In this document: one piece after another, positions 14,061-28,240 of the stretch | How positions within the stretch are numbered: the stretch's first letter is position 1 | How the letters are laid out: every line of letters starts with the position of its first letter | From: the human T2T-CHM13v2.0 reference genome, Homo sapiens | Strand: one strand, 5' to 3' | Length of the DNA: 64,000 nt | Assembly (NCBI RefSeq): GCF_009914755.1 | Contig: NC_060926.1 | The notes under the pieces: model-generated | The model's database searches: none | The model's input: only the letters and a program-made list of their open reading frames with translations | What the model was told of the DNA's origin: nothing | Position numbers and translations under genes: made by a program

Positions 14061-16423
14061 ATTTTCTGTAAAAAATACTGTTATGTTTCAATATTTTAAA
14101 GAGATATGCATATTTAATAAATAACTATGCTTATGAAACCACGTAGTATATTTAAACTGTGAAGCAACTCAAAAAAGTACTTTGCTTAAGGTGTTGTGTA
14201 GGGGGATGGAGGAGGAAGACAATAAGCATAGAAACAAATAATGCTATAAAGGTAAGTAGGAATACATGCCAAAAAGAAAAAATGTTTCTGTAAATGTGTG
14301 GTATTAGTAAAGAAGCAAGCCGAAAGATACAAAATTCATAAATATGTGCCCCAGAGTGGGACAACGTTTGTATTATTCTAGTGAATTTTTACAAATTGGC
14401 TATTTCAAGTTAAATTTTTAAGTTCATCTAAACAAAAATCTGGATTTATACATTGGAGCCAACTGTAAAGGGAATGTTTCAACCATGATAGAGTTCACTT
14501 GTTCTTTTCTAATGTTAACAAAACCTAACTTTAAACCATAAAATATTGGGCTTTTTCTTGTCTTAATTATGTTTTCAATGTACAGTTAGATTGTGAAAAA
14601 GTTCTAATTCAGCAGTTTTTTTATTACAAGGTATTAATCACATCTTCTTATTCAAAATGATCACAGATCATTTATCTTCAACATCTTTAAGATGTTTATT
14701 CCTATTTTTAAAAACTACAAAAAATAAAACAAATTATACTCAATTTGACAAATTACTACTAATTGTCAGCAAGTATGTTATGTTGATGATTGGTCTGCCT
14801 ACATGATTAGGTCCTGAATGTGATTAGATGTCATACTGGAAGCTGGAAAGAGTCAACTGAAACATAGTTCAGAATTGTTTGCTTTCCATACCCTCATTTC
14901 ATTCCATATTCAGAAAATGGAAAGACTATTTTCTCTTAAGGAGTAGGCCTCTGCATATTATTTGTTTTTTAAAAAATATTTCTTTCTTGCCAAGGACAAA
15001 ATAACCAACTTTTTCAAAAAATATGCAGAAGATTTCATGACCATGACAATTTTTAAAATTTCAGGTTTTATTTTGAGATAAGAAACTGAAAAACTACCAC
15101 CTACATGCTACCTTTAAAGAAATTTAGACCACATAAGCCCTCTGTGAACTAAATGTTCATTCAAACCAATTAAATACATATACACACACATGCACATAGA
15201 TATATAAAATATATATACTTATATTTATATAACATACAATGTGTATGTGGAGATATACATATAATCTCCCTATATATGCACATATATGTCCAGGGCTTAG
15301 TTGCTGTTTTTTTTACTGTTCAAATATGACAACTCTTTTTTCCCATGTGTATACATACATTGCAGAATATCAATGACAGCAAATCATTTAATCTGAATGG
15401 ATCCAGGGTCACCTCAAAAAAAATCTGTAGACTAGTTAGGGTACAATTTCAAATATATTCCTTGGAAACAAGGCAAAAGTATATACATACTTCCTAAATC
15501 CAGGTGTGCCATAGAGTCACTATCAGACTCTCCAACATACCCTCTGGAAAAGGAAAGAGGAAGACTCAAATATCTTTTCTGCTATAGCCAGCTGTATAAA
15601 TTTCATTGGTGTATAAAACAAAGCACTTGCTTTCAATTTCTATGAGTACATAGAACTCAAAGGTTCAAAACAAACATATGTATAAGCTAATGCCAGAAAA
15701 ATTTTAGATGAATGATGTTGATCAAGAATTATAACTAGTTTCTAACTCGATTTATAGTTAAAAAGCCATACAGCCATTCAAATATAATAGTGGTGGTCAC
15801 TTGGAATATTATGTAAGGCATCTTTAACTGTACCCTAAATAGGAAATATATAAATTTTGTTTTACTATTTTAAGGAGACACTGGCTTTCTTACTGGAGAT
15901 TGTTTTTTGAAGATATTTTGATATTTTCTGTTTTTTCCCTCCTACTTGAAAAGGACAAGTGGAGGATATTCTAACATTTGGCATTGGAAGTGGAATATAA
16001 TTTTGTTTGAAAATGTGTAATAGGTAAGATGCAATTGCATGCTGGTTAATATGATATGGATAGAGCAATGTTGTGATATGCTGTATTGCAACATCTCATT
16101 TCTCTAAAGAAAATAAAGTCATCAAGCCAACGTAAGAGAGAAAAAGAACATAGTTTGCAAACCTCACATATTAAATAAAGGTACCAAAACAGTTCATATC
16201 CAGGGACAATTAGTAATGTTATAGCTTTTATCTTGATATTTTGTCCTCAAGATGTCTAATTTTAACTTAATATTTTATATTTTTTCCTTATTAAAAAGCA
16301 CCTGTTAAATAAACAATGTCAAAAAGAAAAGCCAGAAAAACCTTTGTAAATGTAAAGAAGCATGACAAAAAAAAATCCTGGATAATTAAGATGTAAATAT
16401 AAACTTTTTAAAGCTTATATGTG

Positions 16424-16782
<359 letters not shown>

Positions 16783-19172
16783 TCATGTTTAGAGCATAGT
16801 TCAAGGAAATTATATAAAATGATATTCACATGTTAATAAACTATCATTTTTATTAAAAAGCTGTAAGAAGCTAAAAAAAGGTAGTATAAAAATACATTTT
16901 GTTTTTAAAATATATGAGTTTCCCAGAGTCATAACAAATATGCCAAATAATGATTTATTAATATTTTAAAATTAACTGTCACTTTATATGCCTAATATCA
17001 TTTATGTTCATATTACTTTGTGTATAAAATTTCACTTATTTTTTGAAAAATATAGCCAGATTTTTTGTGTAAAATCTAACATTTAATACATTTATTAGTT
17101 TTGCTATCATCTCTTTTGGCCCAATATCTTAAGTAAAATATCTTTTCATTTTCTGGCATTTTTCATATGCATTTGCAATCAAATTTTTACTCACTGATAT
17201 TCTATATTATACATCCAGATTCATTAATTCAGTGAGGAAATAATACTGAATTTTCTCATTAACACAACTTTATTTTTATCATTTCAGTATATTTTATTTT
17301 TTATTTTCTGTTATCTTCCCTCAGAGAACAAATAGAAGAGCTATGTACTGAATACTTTCTATAAAATGCCTGTTTCTGAAAAATAACTTATTTAAGACTT
17401 TTTAGCTATAATAGCACCACTTTTTGACAGTTCTAGGTTAACATAACCTTGGAGAGTTTGGCAGAACAGTTCAAATAAGAAACTTTCTTCTCTCCAATAT
17501 TTGTTCCACTATGAGACCTGAATAATTAAATTTATTTTCTCTCTAATGAGAACATTTTGCTAACACCTTCTCCTCAGCCAGCAATTTCTTTCTAGTATTA
17601 ATCTGAAAACAGCATGTTTTCCCTTACATAAAGCTATTGGATACACTACTTCTTGCAAAAACAATGATTTACAAGTATTTTTTTTCTTAAAACTAAAAAT
17701 AGGCATTTCTAATGAACTTACATAAACATGAAAGAATATTTTTCCAGATTTATTTAGCTAAACATTTAAGAAAATTATAAATGACAGATATATTGTAAGC
17801 ATAAAGTAAGTGAAAAAGTATCAGTAATGTAAACATGTATATCATACGTAATTACTTGTGTTTTCTTTTGAATTTTAATTATTGTCTACAGTTCAACAAC
17901 ACAAATAATAGCAAAGAGGGCTTAAGTCACCTGTCAAAATACTGTTATTAAATTAAAAAAAACTAACTCTACTAATTTGGGTGTCCTGAGAAGATCTCGA
18001 ACATGGTAGGTAACCAAGATAATGTGTGTTGTGAATAAAAGGAAAGAAGGTGAAAATGCCATTGCAATTATATCCTCAACAGGAATTCCAGGCATCCCTT
18101 CTTTTTCTGCAGCAACCCAAAGTGAAAAATTGACCACAGCTCTAGGTATCTGGGGTAGGGACAAACGCCTGAGGCAATCATATTTCCATTTTTTTCCACA
18201 ATAACTGATTTAGAGCTTACCTGAAAACAAGACAGTTTCTCTTGATAAGAAAACATTTACTCTTTAACGAGAAAGCAACAAGAAGCAAATTAACTTTTTT
18301 TCTCTTTTGCATATGAAATGAACGATGAATCTTTATTTTTCTCTTGCTTTTGTCTGTCATTCAATAATCACATGAAGAATCAGTGATAGGATGTGGCCAA
18401 TGCTGTTGATTTCATAGGAGAGACAAAAAAGTTTTTTGTCGAACTTTTGAACCAATCCTGCATTTCTATTATTTGTAGCTAACACCATGCTATTTTAAAG
18501 GAAAGGAAATATGGTAAAAAGGGATGAAAATATTATGACAGAATGGTAATGTTGAAACTATACATTAGCATACAATCCAATCATATAACAAAAAGAATAA
18601 ATATTAAATATCCTTAAAGAGCTTATTTGGATAAAGACGTGGAGCAGAAAGAGGAGTATTCAAGGACAAAAATCTTTTTGCCTTGCTTATTGGTTTAAAG
18701 AATCATTTATATTTTTAAAATGATCATCCTTACAGTAGGAAGTATGTAGATTTTTATAATTATACTGAGGCCATTTTAATGGTTTAATTTGCTAATACTC
18801 TTAATCATAATAATAGTTATCAATGCATTGCCAGATGTTCTATCCTAATAATGATGAAGATATGATGGTAAGAAATTATTAATACATATAAATAATTAAT
18901 CAAATTTGTAAATAGTTTTGTTGGGCATTATGGATTTCAAAAAACTATCCCTGCCCTTTAGGGAAAAAAAAGTAAAACAGCTATAGAAAAAAAACTACTG
19001 AGCTTGAGCAAAATTATATACATGGAAAGACAGTATTATCCATATTACTAAACTGGAAATTTCATATGATGTGAAATAAGAATTTAATGAGATGTTAATG
19101 ATGCTGTACAACTAATCATTGCAAACTATAACGAAGAGATTATGTAAATATATATATGTGTGTGTGTGTGTG

Positions 19173-20744
19173 CATAAAAGACTCAGAATAGCCAAAGCCA
19201 CCCTGAGCAAAAAAACAAAACTAGAGGAATCACATTACCTGACTTCAAATTATACTATTATGAAGCTGTAGTAACCAAAACAGCATTGTACTGGCATAAA
19301 AACAGACACATAGACCAAAGAAACAGAATAGACAGCCTAGAACCAAATTTCTGTATGTGTCAACTCATTTTTGATAAAGGTGCAAAGAATATACATTGGG
19401 TGAAAGAAGACTCTCCTCAGTAAATGGTACTGTGATAACTGGATATACATGTGAAGAAAAATAAAACTAGACCCCCATCTTAAATATAAGACCTGAAACT
19501 ATGGAATTACTTGAAGAAAACATTGGGGACACACTCCATAACACTGTTCTGGGTAACAATATCTTGAGTAATATCTCAAAAGCATAGGCAACTAAAGCAA
19601 AAATGGACAAATGGGATCACATCAAGCCTAAAAGTTTCTGTACGACAAAGCCAACAATCAGCAAAATGAAGAGACAGCCCAGCCCACGGAATGAGAGAAA
19701 ATATTTGCAAATTACCCATCTCACAAAGGATTAGTACCAGAATATATAAAACATATTAAAGAGGTCAAACAGATCAGGAATAAAACAAATCATCAAATTT
19801 TAAAATGGGCAAAATATCAGAATAGACATTTCTTAAAGGAAGACATACAGATGACCTACATGTATATGAAACACTTAACATCAATAGTACTCAGAGAAAT
19901 GCAAATCAAAACTACCACAAGAGATCATCTCACTCAGTTAAAAATGGCTTTTACCCAAAAGACAAGCAATAATAAATGCTGGCAAGGATGTGGAAAAAGG
20001 AGAACCCTCCTACACTGTTGTTGGGGAAGTAAATTAGTTCAGCCGCTATGAAGAACATTATGGAGGTTCCTCAAAAAACTAAAAATAGAGCTACCCTATG
20101 ATCCTCCAGTGCCCAAAAGAAAAAAAAATAGTATGTTGAACAGATATCTGTACTCTCACGTTTATTACAGCACTATTCAAAATAGCCAACATTTGGAAGC
20201 AACCTAAGTATGCATCACAAGATAAGTGGATAACAAAATGCAGTAGATATACACAAGGAAATTTTATTCAGCCATAAGAAATGTAATCCTGTCATTTGCA
20301 TCAACATGGATGGAACTAGAGGTCATTATGTTAAGTGAAATAAACTAGGCACAGGAAGATTAAGTTCACATGTTCTCACTCATGCATGGGAGCTAAAAAA
20401 ATAATTTATGGAGATAGGCAGTAGAATGGTGGTTACCAAAGGCTGAGAACGGTAGAATGTATGGTTAATGGGTACAAAATAAGTTAGAATAAATAAGATC
20501 TAGCGTTCATTAACACAATAGAGTGATTATAGTTAAAAATAATCTATTGTATATTTTAAGATAACTAAAATAGGGGAATTGAAATGTTCCTAACCCAAGG
20601 ATATGATAAATTCTTGAGGTGATGGGTACCCCAATTACCCTACCTTGGTCATTACACATTGTATGCTTATATCCTAACATCACTTGTACCCTATAAATAT
20701 ATACAACTGTTATGTACCCATAATAATTAAAAATAAAAAATTAA
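19173..20744 (+). mobile_element. L1MA (MA3/MA4-like) ORF2 3' part and 3' UTR to the A-rich tail
   Basis: gaatagccaaagc ... acctgacttcaaattatac ... gagaaatgcaaatcaaaact ... atgtacccataataattaaaaataaaaaa. Confidence 0.93.
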
Positions 20745-20895
20745 AGATACCTCACAATTGACATCTAATCTGCTGTTTCTAAAAGAAGATGGTCCCCGAT
20801 CATCATGTCACCTATCTATATATCTATCATCTATCTGCGTATGTGTGTGCTTGTGTGTGTGTGTGTATACACACAAAATATATACAAAATATAAA

Positions 20896-22330
20896 GTCAT
20901 TTTAACTGAGTGAGATGATATCTTGTGGTAGTTATGTTATGGAGTATGTCCCCAGTGTTTTCTTCAAGTAATTCAACTGTTTTAGGTCTTATATTTAAGA
21001 TGTGGGTCTGGTTTTATTCTTCTTCATATGTATATCCAGTTGTCACAGTACCATTTACTGAGGAGAGTTTTCTTTCATCCAATGTATATTCTTTGCACCT
21101 TTGTTGAAAATGAGTTGACAAATACATAAATTTGATTATAGGCACTCTATTCTGTTTCCTTGGTCTATGTGTCTGTTTTTATGCCAGTACTATGCTGTTT
21201 TGGCTACTACAGCTTCATAATAGTATAATTTTAAGTCAGGTAATGTGATTTCCCTAGTTTTGTTCTTTTTTGCTCAGGGTGGCTTTGGCTATTCTGTCTT
21301 TTGTGGTTCAATGCAAATTTTAGGGTTATATTTTCTGTTTCCATGAAGACTGGCATGGGTATTTTGATGAGGACTGTATTGAATCTCCAGATTGCTTTGG
21401 ATAGTATAGACATTTTAACAACACTGATTGTTACAAATCATGAAAATGAAGTATGCTTTCATTTTCTTGTGTCCGCTTCAATTTATTTTGTTAATGTTTT
21501 ATGGTTTCCATTGTAGATATCTTTTACTTGTTTGGTTAAGATTATTTCTAGGTATTTTATTTTATTTGTAGCTGTTGTAAATGGAATCCTTTTCTTGGTT
21601 TCTTTTTCAAATTGTTCACTGTTGGCATATAGAAATGCTATTGATTTTTGTATGTTGATTTTGTATACTATAAATTTACTGAATTTGTTCACCAGTTTTA
21701 AGAGTTTTTTTTGGTGGAGGCTTTAGGTTTTTCTAAATATAAGATCATGTAATCTGCAAACAAGCACAATTTGACTTCTTTACAGTTTGGATGCCCTTTA
21801 TTTCTTTCTCTTGTCTAATTTCTCTTGTAGGATTTCCAGTACTATGCTGAATAACATTAGTGAAATTGGACATCCTTGTCATGTTCTAAATCTTAAAAGA
21901 AACACAGTTTTTCCACATTCAGTATATTCATATGGCTTCTATTGTGTTATGTTTCTTCTATACTAAGGTTTTTTAAAGCTGGTTTTTTTTATCATCAAGG
22001 GATATTGAAATGAAGAAGAATAAAATACTTCCAAATTCATTCTACAAGGCCACTATTGCCCTGATACCAAAACCAGACAAAAACACAACCAAAGAAAACG
22101 AAGCTACAGGCAAATATTTCTGGTGAACATAGATGCAAAAATCCTTAACAAAATACTAACAAACAAAATTCAGTAATGCATTGAAAAGGTCATTCATCAT
22201 AATCAAAGAAGATTTATCACAGAAATGCAAGACAGCTGCACATACAAAAATTAATAAATGTAATATACCACATCAACAGAATTAAAGAACAAAATCCCTA
22301 CGATCATTTCAAGAGATTCCAGAACAGATA
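20896..22330 (-). mobile_element. L1MA ORF2 fragment with 5' inversion (antisense to ~22008, sense ~22009-22330)
   Basis: Antisense part ends ttttatcatcaagggatattgaa. Sense part runs from aatacttccaaattcattcta to gatcatttcaagagattccagaa, which immediately precedes that point in L1 ORF2. Confidence 0.9.
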
Positions 22331-22721
22331 ACATTTTTAAAAAATGCTCAACCAAAATAATTTAGACTAGGCCCTACTTTATGTTAACCATTTTTAAAAA
22401 TGCTTATAATTTAAACTAATTCTGTAAATTATAGATATATTAATTCTGTAAGTTATGGCAAATACAAATGTTCCATGTCAATTAAATTGGAAAAACATTA
22501 GAGGTTTTAATACTTATCAGCACACTAAAGGCTATAAAAATTACTCTAGAAAAAGAATCTGTAAAAAGCCAAATTAAAAAAAAAATTAAGTTTTGAATAG
22601 ATGATTCATTCAAAAGGTACAAACTATTATAAATAACATAATTATCATTTTAGGTTTTCCATATATCCTGAGGCTATCATAATTACCAGGGTTTTTTTTT
22701 TTAATATTCAAGAGGCTAATT

Positions 22722-22766
22722 TTCTTTCTCTCTCTCTTCCTCTCTCTCTCTCTCTCGCTCTCTCTC
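22722..22766. repeat. (CT)n microsatellite
   Basis: Directly visible, interrupted. Confidence 0.9.
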
Positions 22767-24103
22767 ATTTTATTGTAGGTAAAGATCTAACTTCCTTTCA
22801 TCCTTTTCACTAAGAAGCTTATGTCCCCTGTGGCAATGAGATAGTGCCACCTTCTGTCACCTGGACAGTGGGTACATGGGAGGAATACAAAGAGGAAGAA
22901 GCTAAAGAACAGAATTGGTTTAATCAGTTTATGAAGTCCTAGATGGACAATTGGCAAATTCATGCAAAAAACAGAGAAGATTTATTATTTCAAAGCTTTA
23001 AGAATTGAACTGTGGCATGAAAAACTGCTCAGTTCTCAAATAGGTCTCTGAGTAGCTCAAAAATGGAACAGATAAAAATAACATTGCAGAAGTTTTTGAA
23101 ACTAAACCGAAGTCTGAAGCATGGTTCACAAAATTAGGCCAGGCCATGCATGCAAAATTAAAACGGGTTAATTGCTTATTAAAACAGAAGAGTTTAGCAG
23201 GAACAAGAGATTCATAAAATATACCCCAAATGTCCGGTATACAATAAAAAAAACTTGTCTTACCAAGCATCAGGAAGTCTCGACAATGAGAAAAAAGCAA
23301 AACAATAGATACCAACACTGCGATAACATATACGGTGGCGTTATTTGACAAGGATATTAAAGATGGTATTATGAAAATGCTCTAGCAAGCAATTATGATT
23401 ACTTATGAAACAAATAAAAATCATCTCAACAAATAAATAGGAGACAATATAAAAACAAATTTTAGCATTAAAAAATTCAATGACAAAGAAAATATTCTCT
23501 GTATGGGTTCAATAGAAGAATGAAGGTGATTTAGGAAAGACTCATTGACATTGAAGATAGGACAATTGAAATTATCTAGATCGAATAATGGAGAATAAAT
23601 AGAATTTTAAAAAAATAAACTGTGGGGCCTGTGGGACAATAAGTAAACATCTCATATTCACATCATTGAAGTCATTGAAAGAAAAGAGTAAGCTCATAGG
23701 GCACTGAAAATTTAATTTAAAAAGTAATTGCTGAATCTTTTTTCAATTTAATGAAACTTGCAGATCAAAGAAGTAGATCTAACCAGAAACAGAATAAACC
23801 CAAAGCATTTCAATTTCAAAACATCAAAATTAAATATCTGAAAGCTAAGACAAAGGCAAAAGAAGTCTCTAAAGCTGTCAGAAACAGTGCATTGCATCTG
23901 GATGAATAACAGTTTGGATTATAGTGGATTTATCACTAATTCATACAGGCTGGACAGGAGTGGGAAAATGTTTTTAGAATACTGAAAGAAAAAAGTCTTG
24001 TAATACAAAAAATGTATATCTACTGAAAATATTCTTAAGAAATAAAGCTGAAATAAGTCATTCTTAGATTAATGAAAATAATTTGTTGACAGTCAAAAAA
24101 ATG

Positions 24104-24215
24104 GTTTTTTTATTTTTATTTTATTTTATTTTATTTATTTTATTGTATTTTCATTTTATTTATTTTATTTTATTTTTTTGAGACAGAGTCTCGCTTTATC
24201 ATCCAGGCTGGAGTG
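24104..24215 (-). mobile_element. Alu 3'-terminal fragment (~36 nt) with long (TTTTA)n tail
   Basis: gagacagagtctcgctttatcatccaggctggagtg preceded by (ttttа)-type repeats, the antisense A-tail. Confidence 0.85.
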
Positions 24216-24279
24216 AAAGGGTAAATATATAGGAAAAAATAATAGACCATTAGACCGTCTTTCTAATTTTATTTTACAT

Positions 24280-24584
24280 ATTTATTTTTTATTTTATTTA
24301 TTTATTTATTTATTTTTGAGACGAAGTCTTGCTCTTGTCGTCCAGGCTGGAGTGCAATGGTGCCATCTTAGCTCACTGCAACCTCTGCCTCCCTGATTCA
24401 AGCAATTCTCCTGCCTCAGCCTCCTGAGTAGCTGGGGTTACAGGCTCACGACCCACATCCAGCTAATTTTCGTATTTTTAGTAGAGACAGGGTTTCACCA
24501 TGTTGGCCAGGCTGGTCTCAAACATCCTCCCGCCTTGGCCTCCCAAACACCTGGGATTACAGGTGTGAGTCACTGTACCCAGGC
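24280..24584 (-). mobile_element. AluS (Sq/Sp-like)
   Basis: gctcttgtcg ... gagtgcaatgg diagnostic. About 15 nt missing after ggtctcaaac. Confidence 0.93.
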
Positions 24585-25596
24585 TCTGTTTTTCATTCTT
24601 TAATATTATGTCTGACGGTCAACGTGAAAATTATAATATTATTTCATATGATTTTCAGTATACATAAATAACATATTTAAGACAATGATAGTATAAAAAA
24701 AGGAAGGTAAAGGGACCTAAGTGTAGGTAATGTTTTTAGATTCCATTTGAAGTAGTAAAATATCATTTTTTTGTAGACTATGATGTTACATATAGAAATT
24801 GTGATCTCCAGAGCATCTACTAAAATGAAATAAAATTGCCACAATATATACTGAAAATTCTATATAAGATACTAAAAATATCTTATATATATGATATATA
24901 GACAGATATAAAAAGATACTATATATATGACACACTAATATAACAAAATTGAATTTAAATCATCTAAATAAAAGACATAGATTGGCAGGGTGAATTAAAT
25001 TATATCCAACTATATGCTTCCAGAAAAATTTACTTAAAATATAATTATACAGTAAAGTTTACAAATATAATTATATGGTTAAGTTAAAAGTAAAAGGATG
25101 CAAACTAATATACTATGCAAACAACAGCCAAGAGAAAGCTGAGAGGCTGTAGTAACTTCAGAAAATCTAGACTTCAGAGCAAAGAAAGTTAGCATGGATA
25201 AAGAGAGATATATCATAACAAAATGGTCAGTTAATCACAAAGAGGTAGCAGTCTTAAATATGTATACACCAAACATTGGAGCTTCAAAATACATAAAGCA
25301 AAACTGAAAGAACAATAAGGAAAGGTAGACAAATTGTAGCTGGGGCCTACAACAGCTCTATTTCTTAGTAATAAACATTAACAGGAAACAAATAGGTAGT
25401 TGCCTGGTGAGTGAGATGCCTGAAAGGACAGATTACAAAGGAGTGTAAGGAAATATCTGTGTATAATGAATATGTTTATTATTCTATTTAGTAATTATTT
25501 TATAGTGGGTACATATGCCAAAATGTAGCAAATGGTGCACTTTAAATATGTGTGGTTTATAGTAAGTCAATAATAACTTAATAAATAATTAAATAA

Positions 25597-25897
<301 letters not shown>

Positions 25898-26979
25898 TTA
25901 AAGGGGAATGTTTTTGAAGAGACAAAAGTATGCAAACCATTGGGCCTAGCAGATCGAATTTTAGAATTTTTTCTTAGATAATGAGCATATATATTTATTA
26001 ATTTTTAGCTAAAATTGTTTGTCTCAGCATTGTAAATAATAGTGGAAACGGTTAGATATCTTAAATTTCTAATACTCGTGTTTTGGTTAAATTAATATAT
26101 AGTTATGACTAGAATACTAGGTAGCAATAAAAAATGACACGTTATGTGACAGTTGCAAATTCCATTAAAGTGATATATGCCTGTACAGAAAAACTGAACA
26201 TATATATACCAAAATGTAGAGATTAAGGAGCTCTTCTATTTGAAACTACCATTGAACACCTGCTGTCTGATTCTATGTGAATGTTGAAAAAGTGAATCAT
26301 TCCAATAATATATCTACATTAAACATCATTATTTACTACCTATGCTTATGCATTTTGACATATATGTTGCTATGCATGTCTCTTTTCATAAAAAATAGAA
26401 TCCTGTTATTTTACTTTCTTAGAATTCTGGTGATTTTTTTTTGATAGGGAGGGAGGCTACTGAAGTATAAATAGCATTAAAAATTTTTAATTAAAGAAAT
26501 TGTCAATAAATCAAATTTTATTTGTATTAATCTGTAGAATAATCTGAGGAGTAAAATTTATTCCTAACACTAGACAAGCGGTAGATTATTCACTATAAAC
26601 TTTATTTCCACATATTTACTTTCACTTATAAACTGGGATTTGAGTTTCAAAAGAATGTACAGTTATCTTTGCTGATTTCTTCTCTGTTTTATCTTCAGTT
26701 TCAGCTATTCTTACTGGCTTATGTACATTTTTACAATAGCCAATTAATGGCTTACATACATTTTTACAACACATTTTTACAATAGCCAAAATTATTTGGC
26801 TCTTTTTAGCATGATCTCAGTGATCTCGCCAATATATTTTTGAAAATGCTGAGAAACCTCTCAATGCATATGAAATATATGTTTTCTAAAAATCCTAACA
26901 AGTGGTTGTCCCTTTTTTTTTTTTTTTTTTGGTGATTATTTCTTCAAGTACTGGGCTGTGAATTTATCAGACACTGCCA

Positions 26980-27053
26980 TGAGGAGAGATTGACCCAATG
27001 CACTCCAGCCTGAGTGACAGAAAGAGATTCCATCTCAAAAGAAAAAAAAAAAA
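26980..27053 (+). mobile_element. Alu right-arm 3' fragment
   Basis: tgcactccagcctgagtgacagaaagagattccatctc followed by an A tail. Confidence 0.88.
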
Positions 27054-28240
27054 GAGCCTATACCAGACCTTTCAATTTCTATCATATCTTTTATAAAATG
27101 AAAAACAACAACAACAACAATACAAAATACATAAGTAAAAACACATAATGTACCAAGGCACCATCCATTCAGGACTAATTTGCAATTTTATAATAGCATT
27201 CTTGTCACTATTCATGGAACTAGGCTAAACTGTTTAATTTACTCTCCACTGTCATTGCTGGTCAGCATTTATTAGATTATGTCTTCATACATTATTTGCT
27301 TGTATGATCATTTTTCCTCTTACATTAAACGTACTTTGTTATGTCTTCCTAATTAATACAGAGCGAATAACATACAATTTATTCTTACAATAAAACATGA
27401 ATATTAACGTAGATAAAATGATAGCGGTAACTTTATTTTTACTTTTTATATTACTAAATCAATAATATGTGAAAATAAAACTGGGATAGGCTTAAAAAGT
27501 GCATAAGCAAATTCCGCATTTAAGGAGCTTAGATATTGCCACTTTTTCCTAAGAATAAGTATAAAGCTTAATAAATTATAAATTGACAACTCTTTTTAGG
27601 CTTTTGAAAGAAGTGAAGTCCTGGGACAAATGACTTCCCCCAAACTGAGAAGTGGCAGGCAGTTACAGAGAACAGCTCTGTGGAGCAGACTTCTGTGGAA
27701 CCACACTCGGGTAGAAAAACCTGGACTCTAATTGAATTACAGGATTCTGGGTGTAGACAAAATTGATAATTAATAACTCCAGGAGAATCTAGTCATAGGG
27801 GAACCTTACAATTTTGTGTTTTACCACCAGGAGATCTACAGATTCTCACAGCAAATAACAGAGAAAAAAAGAAAGAAAAAAACAATAAAACAAGAAAAAA
27901 TCTTCTCTTACTTTCAGTGGGGGTAGGAGAAAAGAAACCATTTTGAAATACACTAGAGCACTCTATTCTTCTTAACAAGCTTTGCTCTCAAGAGAAACTA
28001 GTTAACCACAGGTTTTTTGTTTTTTTTTAGAGTTTTCAGTGCCTAACTGATCTAGGGGTAGGGAAATAGCTCCAGCCTGCTCTAGACATCCTGCCCCACT
28101 TAATGGCAGAGAAAAAACTGAGAAACACTAGTGAAGTTCATATTTCAGAGGCCTAGGTTCACTAAAATACTGAGACATAATCATAGGACTATCAAAATCT
28201 TCCTCTCTGTCAGTTATTACCACTACAATACAGAAGACCT

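Larger units (their letters stand above)
23000..25590 (+). mobile_element. Old L1M (ME/MD-like): ORF1 and ORF2 endonuclease start joined to a 3' end, interrupted by Alus
   Basis: ORF1-like cattgaagataggacaattgaaattatc and tattcacatcattgaagtc. EN-like aaatatgtatacaccaaacattggagcttcaaaatacataaagcaaaact. 3' end gcactttaaatatgtgtggtttat ... aataaa. Confidence 0.75.

Noticed and set aside
17934-18256. Three overlapping short ORFs in unique sequence, possible exon
   Set aside because: No recognisable protein similarity and no convincing acceptor/donor pair. Cannot be supported without expression or conservation data.
20741-22345. A TSD linking the A tail at ~20744 to the far end at ~22330, which would prove a single-element origin
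   Set aside because: Only a weak AT-rich resemblance (ggtatctttaa versus gataacattttt). Not convincing.
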